From assembly GCF_030144855.1 (NCBI RefSeq), contig NC_082717.1, forward strand, positions 64,170,001 through 64,234,000: DNA of 64,000 nucleotides, read 5' to 3'. Below are positions 1 through 12,815 of this stretch, piece after piece. Numbering within the stretch: the first letter of the stretch is position 1; every line of letters begins with the position of its first letter. The position numbers were made by a program, and so were the translations under genes. Origin of the DNA: Hypanus sabinus. Taxonomy: Eukaryota. The notes beneath the pieces were generated by a model that was not told where the DNA came from, did not search any database, and was given only the letters and a program-made list of their open reading frames with translations.

Positions 1-369
1 AATACCTAATACAAAGTAAATGCTATGTAAATTGTTGTTATACTGTTTTGTTAGGGAATAATGACAAGAAAAAAGTCTGTACCTGCTCAAACAATGAGTA
101 CTGGAGAGTAAACTTTTGGTTTTTTTATCGANNNNNNNNNNNNNNNNNNNNNNNNNNNNNNNNNNNNNNNNNNNNNNNNNNNNNNNNNNNNNNNNNNNNN
201 NNNNNNNNNNNNNNNNNNNNNNNNNNNNNNNNNNNNNNNNNNNNNNNNNNNNNNNNNNNNNNNNNNNNNNNNNNNNNNNNNNNNTGCTGGAGAGAGAACT
301 TCTGGGTTTTCCCGATCCGCGGTTGGTTGAATCCGCGCATGCGGAACCCGCGGATGAGGAGGTTGGCTG
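1..369 (+). mobile_element. 3' end of a Tigger/pogo (Tigger3/MER2-like) DNA transposon, interrupted by an assembly gap
   Basis: Ends CCGCGGTTGGTTGAATCCGCGCATGCGGAACCCGCGGATGAGGAGGTTGGCTG followed by TA (370-371). Bases 1-85 resemble the Tigger3/MER2 subterminal sequence as recalled. Confidence 0.75.
132..284. other. Assembly gap (153 N)
   Basis: Run of N. The two flanks read like overlapping versions of one sequence. Confidence 0.99.
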
Positions 370-379
370 TACTGGATGA

Positions 380-2177
380 AAATTTCATAACTCCTCATTA
401 AAGCAGTAACAACAAAATGTCTCACAGCCATCTAATTTTGTTTCATGGCCTAAAATGACAAATCACATTTTGTGACATGAGCTAATTCTCCTAGCTTTCC
501 TTTTTAAACTGGTGACCTGGTGAACTGAGTATTGTATACTGTACACTGTTGGTAGCAGGGTTTCTATATCATACATAATTGATACTTTTTTCCATCTAAT
601 CCCAGGGCTTCTCTGCATGCAACACAACGATGTATATTCTCATCAAAGAACTGCTGCCACACCATTATTGTTTGCAAGTATAACATTTTCCTATCTGACG
701 TAAACATCCCAGTCTTTTGAATATCAAGATTGTTGTTGATATAATTGTTTTTATTGCTTCAATGATAGTGATACTGTCACATGCAGTTAGTTTCAAAATA
801 CCCACAAACAGTCTTAAAGGAAGTTTCATTATCAAGCTGAAACTTAAAATACAAAATTAACATTTTTTGTACAGAAATGTCTGTACTTTTGCCAGTAATT
901 AGCGTATGGAATCAGATTTGCTCAATTCTTCCATTATCTGCTACTGAAGCACAAAGCTGATGCACTCATCAAATTCAAGTGCACAGTTCGTGCTGCATCA
1001 GCTCTCTGATATATTTACTTTATTGGCCATATATGCATGAATTTCTTCCAGAGAATGCCTAGAATCATTAATTTTTACTTGCCAAGATCATGTTATCAGT
1101 TACCACTTTGACCATATCAGAGTTAGACTTCTTTCATGCATCTTGTTTCACTTCTCGCTCTTTTGGAGTTTCAATTGAGGTGCAAAATTGCACATTTCTT
1201 CTGCTTGTGTAATTTGGTACAACATCTATATGAATTCTCTGGTCAAGGTGTCATTTTAAGCAATCTAGTTTCCATTCTTCCCAATTTTTTTTTGCCCAAC
1301 TGAACTCACCTCCAACTTTTACTTCTGAATAGATGGTGCATACAACATCGCTGTGTCTTGATATGTAAAAATAGCGCCAATATTAAATTTTTGTTTCCGG
1401 TGTGAAAACGGTAGTTCAGTATCTATGGGTTGCAAAGAGTTCAGTATCTATGGCTTTCTATACCTTAAATTGTGTACAAGCTTTGTTCTTCAAAGCATTT
1501 AACTCATCTGCTTATCTTTTCAACATCCTTCGGATACTAAAAATAATAATTATTTGAAAACTTAAACAAGTCAAATTTTCTGAGTTTAATAAATAACCAG
1601 TCATGCAAACAATTTTATAGAAATTAATTTTACACTTATTTTTAATTTAAAAATTCTTATTAGATTGACTTTTTTGGAAGATTACTTACCTTAAAAGTCA
1701 GAACATAGAATTATTCATATCAAACACAATACATGACTCAGAACAAATGTAAATGATGTCAGGCAGTCAAAACAACTGACAGGCACAAGGGCAAAAGTAA
1801 AATGTTTTGACTAGATGGCGGAGTTCAGTGGTTTATTAACAATGAGTTACAGACTTCCGTTCTGTGTTTATTGTTACAATTTGTGTATCTTGTAACTTGA
1901 AACACTGACAATGTAAATATGTTTAAGTTCTAAGATATTTCAAAGTAAAGGTTGTGGTAAGAATATTATTTCGTAAACTTATCGATTATATTAATATAAT
2001 TACAGGGTATTTCATAATTATATTAACAGATTTCAAAATAATATTAGCATAATTTAAAAGCTATATTAACACTATATAAAAGAAAATTTGAGCTGTGCAT
2101 CAACAAAAGCTATGTGCACAGGGAACATTTCAATTACTGCGCAACTGTGCATGAGCGCTGCTTAAAAGGAACAGTGG
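380..2177 (-). mobile_element. Degenerate hAT transposon (ZNF862/Tip100-like transposase fossil)
   Basis: Broken minus-strand peptides: KSTDISVQKMLILYFKF (about 840-892), GMFTSD...NNGVAAVL and HRCVACREALG (about 600-710), IRWL (about 425-438). These match hAT DESTD, TSDG, CxxH and RW motifs. Possible terminus CCACTGTTCCTTTTAAGCAGCGC near 2155-2177. Confidence 0.65.
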
Positions 2178-2500
2178 ATACATCCCAAAGATGAAGAAAT
2201 ATTCTAAAGAGTGGATGAGGTAACTAACAAAGGAAATCAAAGACAGGATAAAAGATATGGAGAGGGTATACAATAAAGCAAAAATCAATGGGAAGTTGAA
2301 GGATTAGGAAGCTTTTAAACACCAACAGAAGGTAATTAAATGAGCATAAGGAGAGATATGATGAAAAAATGCTAGCCAATAACATAAAAGAAGATGCCAA
2401 CAGTTTTTTTTTCAGATATATTAAAAGTAAAAGAGAGGTGAGAGTGGATATCAGACTGGTGAAAAATTGATGCCGGAGAGGTAGTGATGGGGGACAAAGA
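2178..2500 (+). mobile_element. CR1 LINE ORF2 fragment
   Basis: Similar to the CR1 segment at 34165-34500 (LANNIKEDA..FFRYIKSKRE-type linker). Confidence 0.7.
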
Positions 2501-2999
2501 AATGACTCTTTCATTTGTCTTTCAATCATATGTTGAAAGACTTCTTTTTTCCCCACGAAATCATCTATGAATTAATTTAAATCTATGTTCAGACAAAAGA
2601 CCATTTGGACAAATGGACACCTCTAGCCTGTCATAAATTGTGTACGTTTCAATTATTCCTCTTCTCATTTTGCTCCCAAGAAAACAATCTCAGCACAGTC
2701 AGTTACTTTTCCAAACTATGAATGTTCAGACAGGAACATTATATATCACCTCTGCATCCTCTCTTACAGCAGAACAATTTTCCAGACAGCATGCAATACC
2801 CCAGCTCTGCCTTTAGTAATATTTTACACAGTTCCTGCACAATTTCCTTGCTCAACTGCAGACCTTGAAATCAGGGATTTATAAATATGTTTCTGAGCAC
2901 CCTACTGTTTGCTGTGCATTCCTTTACCTTGTGTGGCCATCCCAAAGAAATTACGTCTTGTTTCACTGGATTGACTTCCATTTGCATTTTTTTCCCATT

Positions 3000-3500
3000 A
3001 AATGATCTTGAAAAGGGAATTAAATGCAGTATATCCAAGTTCACAGATAAAATGAAGCAGTAAGGTTTGTGAGCTATGAGGAAGAGCCAAAGAACTCAGT
3101 TGTGATTTCAGCAAGTTGGGTGAGTGAAAAATACATGCAGATGTATGACAACACATAATATGTTCATAAGGTTATCCATTTGTTAAAAAGGCATATTCTA
3201 AACAGTAATAGATTGGATAAAAAGGATGTGCAAGTAGACCCTGTTGTGCATGCTTTCAGTGACTGGTCTACACAAGTATTCAGATATCTGAAAGTAAAAG
3301 GAATGTTAGTCTTCATTCTAAGGTTTTGAATAATGGAGCAAGGATATCTTGCTGCATTTTAAACAGGCTTGGCGAGATGTCACCTGGAGTTTTGAATACA
3401 GTTTTGATCTGCTTATCTGAGGAGAAATGACCTTGTAATGGAGGGACTGCAATGTAGACTTACTAGGCAGATTTGTGGGATGACAGGACTTCCGCCTGAG
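3000..3500 (+). mobile_element. Old CR1 reverse-transcriptase fragment
   Basis: Decayed NDLE..ISKFTD, HLEF..QF.SAYL motifs. Confidence 0.6.
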
Positions 3501-3884
3501 GAGGTGAAGTCTGTATTCACTGATATTTGGAACAACAAAAAAAAATTAATACTGAACAGATCATACATAGATGTTTCAGCTGAAGGTTTGGGAGGACAAG
3601 ACTTGTGGTACTGGATATCATATTTAGAACTGAGATGGGGCGGGGAGAAGCAGTGAATTAGAGATGGAGAGATGATGCCCAAACACTGATCCATATAGTG
3701 CCCCACTAGTTGCTACCTGCCATCCAAGTGATACAATTTCCTGACTATTTTCTGTCTGTCGAGCAGTCCTTAATCATGCCAGTGTTTTAACCCAAACCTA
3801 TGTGCTTTACTTTTCTTGCAAATCTGTTGTGGTCCAGTGCTGTCAATGTGACCCCCTCTACATTGGTGACACCCAACAAAGATT

Positions 3885-4155
3885 GGGTGTTTGTTTTCAG
3901 AGCACCTTTGCACCATCTGCATAAGCAATATTTCACGTTGGCCAGCTATTTTATTTCCAGTCCCCATTCAGACATGTCAATACATAGCCTCCCCTACTGC
4001 CATGATAGTGTCACTCTCAGGTTGGAGGAGCAACACCTCATATTCTATCTGGGTAGCCTTCAAACTGATGGCATAAACATCAGTATCTCTAATGTCTAGA
4101 AATTTTTCCCTCTTATTCCATTCCCTGCTGTCACTCCCCTCTTAGCTCTTCTCTT
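3885..4155 (+). mobile_element. Penelope-like element, GIY-YIG C-terminal fragment (resumes at about 7070-7300)
   Basis: ORF end RLEEQHLIFYLGSLQTDGINI, followed by a pyrimidine-rich 3' region. Same family as 52920-53562. Confidence 0.7.
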
Positions 4156-4713
4156 CCCTGAAAAGTCTGAAGGGAGATAAGTTACCTGGACCAGATACAA
4201 GATGGGTGCAGGGGCAGGTAGTGTTGAGGAAGTAGAGAGGCTATGGGAGGACTTTGACAGATTATGAGAATGAGCAAAGAAACAGCAGATGGAATACAGT
4301 GTCAGTAAGAATATGGCCATGCACTTTGATAGAAGGAGTAAAGGTGTAGACTATCAATGGAGAGAAAATTCAAAATTCTGATGTGCAAAGGGACTTGGGA
4401 ATCCTTGTGCAAGATTCCCTAAAGGTTAACTTGCAGGTTGAGTCTGTGGTGAGGAAGGCATGCATTTCGAAAAGACCAAAATATAAAAATAAGGATCTAA
4501 TGTTGAGGTTTTATAAAGCACTGGTGAGGCCTCACTTGGAGCATTATGAGCAGTTTTGGGCCCCTTATCTAAGAAGGGATGTGCTGACACTGGAGACTGT
4601 TCAAAGGAGGTTCACAAAAATAATTCCAGGATTTAAAGACTTGACATATGAGGAGTGGTTTTTGGCTTTGGGTCTGTACTCATGGATTTCAGAAGATTGA
4701 AACCCATTGAATG

Positions 4714-6685
4714 GCCGGCTCCCGGGAGCGAATTCGCCAACGCCGCCGCCAGTCGCGATTCCACGAGCTCCCAGACCCTGACCACGGCGGTGGCCCGTCA
4801 GAAGCCCGTGTGTTATTTCTGTGGCCAAAAGAAACATCCTCGACAACGCTGTCCAGCGCGAGAAGCGATCTGCTCCAGCTGCAGAAAGCGGGGCCACTTC
4901 GCCAAGGTCTGTAAGTCTCAACCTCGAGCGGGGTGCAGCGCTGCGGATGAAACGTGGGGGCCGCCATCTTGCATGCCTGGATGTGGGCGGCCATCTTTGT
5001 CGACGTCAGCACGCCCCGCCCCCGACCCTCCAATGCTTACCGGGTACCCTCCGAGGCTCCGAAATTCGGCACTCTGCGGTGGAGAAAGAAGCCCAGGCCA
5101 TAGTGGAGGCTGTTAGGCACTGGAGGCACTATCTTGCTGGCAAAAGGTTCACCGTGCTGACCGACCAGCGCTCGGTTGCGTTCCTGTTCAGCAACCAACA
5201 GCGGGGCAAAAACAAAAATGATAAGATTTGATAACTATGACATCCTGTACCGGCCTGGCAGACTCAATGAGCCCCCTGATGCCCTATCCCGGGGAACATG
5301 TGCTAGCACACAGCTCGACCAGCTATACGCCCTTCATGCACAACTTTGCCATCCGGGGGTCACCCGATTTTACCATTTTGTGAAAGCTCGGAACCTGCCA
5401 TACTCCCTGGAGGACATCAGGACGATGACCAGGGACTGCCAAATTTGCGCCGAGTGCAAACCGCACTTCTACCGTCCTGACACGGCACAACTTGTCAAGG
5501 CCACCCACCCCTTTGAGTGGCTGAGTGTTGACTTTAAGGGCCCCCTTCCCTCCACTGACCGCAATGTCTATTTTCTCAGTGTTATCGACGAGTACTCACG
5601 GTTCCCCTTTGCCATCCCCTGCCCCGACACCACTGCCACGTCCGTCATGAAAGCCCTGCGCCAGCTCTTCACTCTGTTCGGGTATCCCTGCTATATCCAC
5701 AGTGATAGAGTGAGGAGCTGCGCCAGTACTTGCTAGCTAGGGGCATTGCTACCAGTCGGACCACGAGTTATAATCCCCGGGGTAATGGCCAAGTGGAGCG
5801 GGAGAATGCCGCGGTGTGCAAGGCCACACTTTTAGCCCTTAAGTCAAAAGGGTTGCCGGTCTCTCGATGGCAGGAGGTCCTCCCTGAGGCACTGCACTCT
5901 ATCCGCTCTCTGTTATGTACGTCCACCAATGCCACCACTCACGAGTGCCTATTCTCTTTTCCCAGGAAGTCTGCCACTGGGACCACCCTACCAGTTTGGC
6001 TGACGTCCCCGGGGCCAGTGCTGCTCCGGAAACATGTGAGGAGCAATAAATACTCCCCGCTGGTGGAGAGGGTTCACCTTCTCCATGCGAACCCCCAGTA
6101 TGCTTACGTGGTCTTACCTGATGGGCGGGAGGACACGGTCTCCATCCGCGACCTGGCACCCGCAGGTGCAGCAGACCACTACCCTGAAGGCTCTCCGGTA
6201 ACTGTGAACCCTGCACCAGAGGTGACACCGTGCTCACCAGGCCCTACACAGACTCCTCATGACACTTATATACCAGGCGTGAGGGATCACCGGCGCCTAG
6301 TGGGCAGGAACAAGCGCAACCCCCGTCCCCTGTGCAATCACCAATGTCGCCGGCATCTATGCGGTCACAGCCGGTGCTACGTAGATCGCAGCGACAGATT
6401 CGACCACCTGATAGACTTGACTTGTAAGAAACTTCGCCACATGAGGACTTTTTCAAACGAAGGGGGGGTGAATGTGGTGAACTATGTGCCTGTCTGGACA
6501 CGCCCCTGCTGACTGCTCCTGTGGTTCCTCCCACAGGCCCCTGTATAAAGGAGATCTGCGGCCTGACGCTCGGCCTCAGTCTCCAGGACATAGTATGATA
6601 GACACTCACTCCTGGTTCCTTCTTCCAGTCAATAAAAGCCGATATCTCGCCTTACGTCTCAGTGTGAGTTATTGATGGTGCATCA
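4714..6685 (+). mobile_element. Ty3/Gypsy LTR retrotransposon fragment: gag zinc knuckles, RNase H end, integrase, PPT, 3' LTR. No 5' LTR; protease and RT absent.
   Basis: CYFCGQKKHPRQRC and CSSCRKRGHFAKVC knuckles. EKEAQAIVEAVRHWRHYL..TDQRS RNase H. HHCC (HAQLCH..CQIC) and D,D,E (VDFKGP, IHSD, GQVER). Frameshifts near 5230 and 5710. High GC and CpG content. Confidence 0.93.
6473..6685 (+). repeat. Gypsy 3' LTR (213 bp)
   Basis: Follows the purine tract GAAGGGGGGGTGAA. TG...CA termini, TATAAA at 6544-6549, AATAAA at 6631-6636. Confidence 0.85.
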
Positions 6686-7299
6686 GAGTGGTTTTTGGCT
6701 TTGGGTCTGTACTCATGGATTTCAGAAGATTGAAACCCATTGAATGTTGATAGGCCTCAATGGAATGGATGTTTCCTGCAAGTGGGGGAGTCTAAAACCA
6801 GAGGACACAGCCTCTGAATAGAGGATTGTCCTTTTAGAATGGAGGTTAAAAGGAATTTCTTTGGCCAGAGAGTTGTGAATCTGTGGAATTCATTGCCACA
6901 GGCAGCTGTGAGGCCAAGTCATTGGCTATATTTAAGGCACAAGTTGATAGATTCTTGATTAGTCAGGGCATGAAGGGATGCAGGGAGAAAGCAGGAGATT
7001 GGGACTGAGGGAAATGATGGAGCAGACTCAATGGGTCAAATGGCTTAATTCTGCTCTTATGTCTTAGTCTTCTCATCTGCCTGTACCTCCCCAGTACCCC
7101 TCTTCCTTCCCTTTCTCGCATAGTCCACTCTCTTATCTTATCAGATTCTTTTTTTCCCCACCCCTTTACTTTTTCCAACTATCACCTCCCAGTTTATTTC
7201 ATCCCCCTCCCCCACCCATCTGGTTTCACCTATCTCCTTCTAGCCGGTTCCCCCTTCTTTTCCAGATTTGGTTAAGAGTCTTAACCTAAAACATCACTG

Positions 7300-10200
7300 T
7301 ATGCTTGATTTCTGTTCACTACCTCTCTTGTGGAACCTCACCAAAAGTTCACTAAAATCCTAATATAACCACTTACTTTAGAACAATGTTAAATAGGACT
7401 TCATTAACCCATGCTGACTTTGTCTAATTCTGTTAATATTTTCCAGTGTTCATGCTATAACTTTTAATAAAAAGAGATTTTTATTATAACTAATGTTGGT
7501 TTCACTAGACTGTAATCCCTTTTTTATTTTTCGATCCACTGCAAGTAATGGGGTGACATTTATCATGCTTCATAGTCCAAAGAACTGTGGATGATGACCA
7601 GCAATGCAGTCACTATTTATAGGGCAGGTTGTTGAATCTCTGGGACATAGATTATTAGGTCTTGGGAAACAGTTTGTCCTTTGCCCCGCTAATTTCTCTA
7701 AAATTATTCCTTAAACTATCAGTGATCTGCTTTTGTTCCCCCCACCCACTTTAAATTCTTGATTCTCCAAGCCCATCTGGTTTGTTATTGGGTAAGAGTG
7801 CTCAAATTGTTCTGCCATTTCTTTGCTTCAATTATGATCTCTTTTTCTGATAGAAGGGGACCCACATTTGTCTACTTAACTTGGTCTCTTCATGTATTTA
7901 GAGACGCTTCTACAGTTGTTATAATATGCCCAGCAACCTTGCACTCTCTTACTCCCATCTCCCTCCTCTTAATCTTAATGTCCTCATTTGCAGAATTTTA
8001 AACTGCTCTCAGTGTTCAGGTCTGTTGCTTTTCTGGCAAATTTGATATGCTTTCCTTCCCAATTTATTGCCTGGGCTGATAATTGTTGCAATTCATGTCT
8101 ACACTCTGAATATTATCCATTGCCTATCCACTATCAATTCCCAATCTATCATAACCAATTTACATTTCATATCTTCATAGTTTTCTTTGTTCATGTTCAG
8201 TGCTTTAGTTAACTTCATTCTCTATCTCCATGACGAATTCCATCAAGTTATGATCACACTTCCTTAGTCACTGTGTATTAGCAAGACTGTCAGTATTCCT
8301 TTCGCATTGCACAATATCTAGCCTATCATATTTTCTCTACCAGGTTCCTTTTACTCTTTAAAAGCTTGCACACATTGCAGGTAACCTTTACGTTATGGCC
8401 ATTTGGGCAACAGAAATTTGACCTTTCAAAATTTCTACATCACTACACAAAAACATGACAAAAGGAATCATTATTCTCATAGAATTCAGTGGAAAAATAA
8501 ATGTTTTCCAATTCAGATTTCTTGATGTGTAAATGATACAGCTTTAAGTTGTGGAAAATTTTGATGTGGACCATTTTCTGGGCATACCAGCTCCCGGGAG
8601 GGGGGGGGGGGAGCTTGGTTGTCTGTATAGGATTTATTGACCAATATACAGCTGGTAGATAAAAGTCACTAATGATGAGTTGTTCCTCTTTCCCACATGT
8701 CTCTAAATGACCAGTTTCATTCCTTCTCCTTTACTGACACTGCCTGGGGCTGGGTTGGATGTCAACAACTGCAATAAACAATGTGCCCCTTGGAGTTTCT
8801 TAGCTTTATCTATATTATTTCCACATCAATATGGAATGTCCAGGCAATGTCCTTCATTACCAGTACAATAATTTCCTTCGTTACTAGTTTCACAACTGAA
8901 ACTAATTATCATAATTATTATATAACCAGTATCTCCTACTTCTGTTTCTCTCGTCATTATTTAGGCCAGAAGGGTTTCTCTTAAATGAACAGATTTTCAC
9001 CTTTAAATGCAATTTCATTACAAGTTTTAAAGCAATTCCCTGAATATTCTACTGAAATATCCTCACAGAAATATTCTCTATATATAATTCAGATGGTACA
9101 ATCTGGATTTTATTGAGGAGTAAATTAGCTTCCTATCTGTTCTGGAGGGGACATTGGATTCCATTAAAACACACCTGTTGAAAAATGTTCGCCAGGTCTT
9201 GTGCTCAAAAACTGATTTAAATGCATAAATCATGTCATGATAAAGCATCTTCCCTCATTTAATCCAACTTTGTTTCTTCTGAATGCGCTTCTATCAAATA
9301 AAACTGTACACTTCGAAGAAAACTTTTTGAAACAATCTTAATTTGAGTGATACTGCAACAGAAAATCACAAAGTGATATCAAAATTAACCAGGCTAAGCC
9401 AGTTTTATTTGACTGAAGTAGTTACGCAAAAGTGGACTGCCAACAGTTTCTTGAAGGTGAAGCAGATTTAGAGCAGGAGAATGTGCACAGGAGAAAGATT
9501 CAGAGTTCAAGGTTAGTATATTTTCACAATGGAAGAATGGATCTGCTACATCTAGTCCACTGGATGACAGGATGCATAGATGTAAAATATCCAGAACAAA
9601 CAATGGAGAAAACTTGTGAGATATTGAGAGCTGAGTGCCTCTGAAATTATTGAGGAGGATATAAAGTGCTCAAATTAAATTTAATAGGGAAATTAGGAAA
9701 GCAAAAGATAATATGAAGAAAAAGTGAGGTCACATCTAAAGAACCTAATTATGTTGTACAATTACAACAAGAGCAAGAGGATAGGGAAGACTTGCTTATA
9801 GAATCGAAGGGTGTGGGTAAGACTTTCACTGACTGCTTTATAGCTTTCACAAAAGTTGCTCTTGGGGAGGACCAATAGATGGAAAAAAATGAGGTAAAAG
9901 AGCAAATATTAGCATCTTGAGATGTGAATAAATCATCAGGCTTAGATGAAATATATTCCAAGCTGTCACAGCATGCACTGGAAGAAATTGTCAAGCTCTT
10001 ATCATTACTTTCCACTGCTTCCTCTTCACAGGGATGATACCAGAGGATAGGATTTATACCAACGTACTGTTGTTTTAAAAAGGTGAATAAAACAATCAAC
10101 CACAGGGCAATTAGTTCAATTTCTGAGGTAGGCGAATTATTGAATCACAAAGACGGAATAAACCTTTGTTTCTATGACACGGGTTAACCTAAGACTCTGT

Positions 10201-10700
10201 AGCTTTGCTAACAAATCTGATTAAAGATTTGATTTTTTTATTTGGTGGGTTAATGAGGGAAGTGCATTTGATATACACAGGCTTTAGCAATGTTCAACAC
10301 AACCTGCTGGTCCTGAAAGAACCCTATGGTTAAAGGAAGAGTTGGATTGGATCCAAAATGTTCCTCTTTGGTATTGAGGTGGTTGAGGGGAGTCTAAACT
10401 GAGGTGTATGAGAGCTCTCTATAAAATAACTGAAGATTCCATTTCCCTTCACTGAAAAGCATTGTAAATACAAATTTCAGTTATCCCTGCATTGAAGCAC
10501 CCCAACCCGGAAAATATGCTGACATCTCTCATATCAAGCTTTCTAAAATTATAGTACATTTCAATGAGATGTTCTATGTCCAGACCTGAACTACTTAATC
10601 TCCCCACATACAAAAAACTTACTATTATTTGTTCTTTAGTCCCTCTATTTCAAGTGTAACCTTCTTAATGAGCTTGGCATCTTAGTCCCCAAAGACTATA
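7300..10700. mobile_element. Cluster of old, heavily decayed CR1 fragments (minus about 7300-9000, plus about 9400-10400, minus about 10480-10680)
   Basis: Decayed CR1 motifs such as KSSGLDEIYSKL and the reverse complement of DF..AF. Boundaries uncertain. Confidence 0.5.
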
Positions 10701-11807
10701 TGCCATAACTGCCCCACATTAAAAGAAATTACACCCAAGCAAACTTCATTACACAATAATGAAGTCAGGACAAGGTCCAAAAAGTGAGACTTGAATGTTA
10801 TCTACTACTCAGATACAATAACACTGGGCTAAATGTGGTTAATACTCTTCTTTAGGGGGTGGACAGTGTGGCAATAGGGAGGCACCAACTGTAGAGAAAT
10901 TAGGAATTGTTTTATATCAAGACTCCCTCTGTGATATCAGCCACCTGACAACCATTGGCATCCAGTCCTGAAAACTTCAGATCAGATCAAAGAGGCTTAA
11001 CACGACACAAACTCCTGGGCAACTTCAACGTCAGACTAGGAAGCTTCATCCTTTGGTAAGGGTTTATCAGCAAGGAGTAGCAAAGGCCTCTGTAACAGGC
11101 TTGGAACAGTTTTGTTATCACAAACAGCATTTTATCAGAAAGACAAGCCAAGACATGATTGGAGCATAAACATATTTACACAGGCCCCTTCTTAATCTTT
11201 GCATATTCATGGTGCTTTATGGCCAACAAAAATCTTTTAAGACTGGAAACATAACAGCTAATTCGCATACAATGAGTTCCAAAAAAAAGGCAATAAGTTG
11301 ATGGCCTAATAAACAAGTTGCAGCAACGCTGAGCTGGAATTAACACTGACATGTAAAAACTATGCACGTCCTGGGTCATGCTCACTATTAGTCCTGCTTT
11401 AATTTAAAAGCAATATTTTAGCAGTTAAATAACCCTAAAGATGTATTATGAAAACAACCTACTTTGCCAATTAAACTAAGTAATTGAGAACAAATCAATG
11501 TTATTTGTCAGCTTTTCACCTGGCAATAATTCTTCACCAGGACTAGCCATTTCGCAGGCATCTTTCATCCTCCAACACCTTTCTGTTATTTAATACAAGC
11601 TTCCTTGAGCAGCTAAATTCACAGCATCACATTTTGGTCCAATTTCATCCTTTTCCAATGACCTACACCAAAAACTTGACAATGTATGGTGCTTGAACAC
11701 AGTAAAGTGTCCCAAGGAAACATTACAATTAAAATAGTCTATGAACCACTTCAGGTCTGAAGGCATCAAGCCAAAAGCTTAGTCAAAGAGGCACATGATA
11801 AGCATTT

Positions 11808-11922
11808 AAGAGTCTCAGCCTACAAGTTTCCCATTCATAGAAGCTGCCTGACCTGCTTGGTTCCTCCAGCATTTTGTGTGTACACTCTGGATTTCCAGCA
11901 TCTGCAGATACTCTTGTGTTTA
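11808..11922 (+). mobile_element. Penelope-derived terminal repeat fragment
   Basis: GCTGCCTGACCTGCT...CCAGCATTTTGTGTG...CCAGCATCTGCAGA, same as the 3' end of 52920-53562. Confidence 0.65.
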
Positions 11923-12519
11923 GCATCTTGAAAATAGATTGCAGAAGTTAAGAGAATGAATTGCAGAACAATGTCATGTCTACTACCGGAGGTTATGACA
12001 AAGATATGGAACAGAAGCTCATCTTGGAGTTTTTGAACATTTAGTTCTGTTTGACGGACTTGGAGTATTTCAGAGGAACGGCTCCCAATTTTAAATAGAT
12101 TCAAAACATCTATTCTATTGCACAGCCTGATTTCAACGCCAATGACGTTCTTCATTCTACTTTCAATTTAGTGTATATATACACATATTTTTCCCCTTTC
12201 TGTTTATTATACTCGAATACAACTATTTTAAAAAATGTTAAGATCTTAGCATTTGCACCAATAATATTTTGACATTACTTTCTCTCAGATTTATTCACAC
12301 ATCACATAAAATCAAACTTGCTTGCCTTTCTAAGATTGTCATAATTAAGAATTCTTTAAAAAAGTCATTCACAGATCATAGCTGTCCCTGATTCTTAATG
12401 CCCTTTTCTTGTCTTTAAAAAGTGGGGGGTAAGTCTCCTTCTGGAACTGATGCATCCCATGTATCTTTCTTGTTTCCTGAAAGGCTTAAGTATGTTCATG
12501 AGCTACTTTACAAAAGGCC

Positions 12520-12815
12520 TAACAATAGAAGGTACGCATTTAAAGTGAGAGGGCAAGTTCAAAGGAAGTGTGCAGTGCTCTTTTGTTACAAGGAGGGGAT
12601 TGTGCAGGATGCACTTACTGGATGGTAGAGGAGGCATAACAATAGAGGAATTCAAGAGGCTTGTATGCACAAAAATTTGCAGTAAATGTAAAGATATGGA
12701 CATTGTACAGGCAGAATGGATTAGCTCCGTTAAACATTTGATTATTAACGTGATTAGTCTGGGATAACATTGTGGCTGAAGGGCATTCTCCTATGCTGTA
12801 CTTTACTACTTTATA
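12520..12815 (+). mobile_element. CR1 3' end fragment
   Basis: NRRYAFKVRG (RGH.LK homolog) followed by a CR1 3'UTR ending GGCTGAAGGGC..TGCTGTA. Confidence 0.6.

Larger units (their letters stand above)
4200..7066 (+). mobile_element. CR1 LINE 3' portion split by the Gypsy insertion (4200-4713 and 6686-7066)
   Basis: QRDLGILVQDSLKV...LVRPHLE...QRRFTK. After the Gypsy LTR it continues with TRGHSL..NFF.QRVVNLWNSLP and the 3'UTR. Confidence 0.85.

Noticed and set aside
48-431. ORFs spanning the N run, and the apparent duplication around it
   Set aside because: The ORFs are open only because of Ns. The flanks look like overlapping contig ends.
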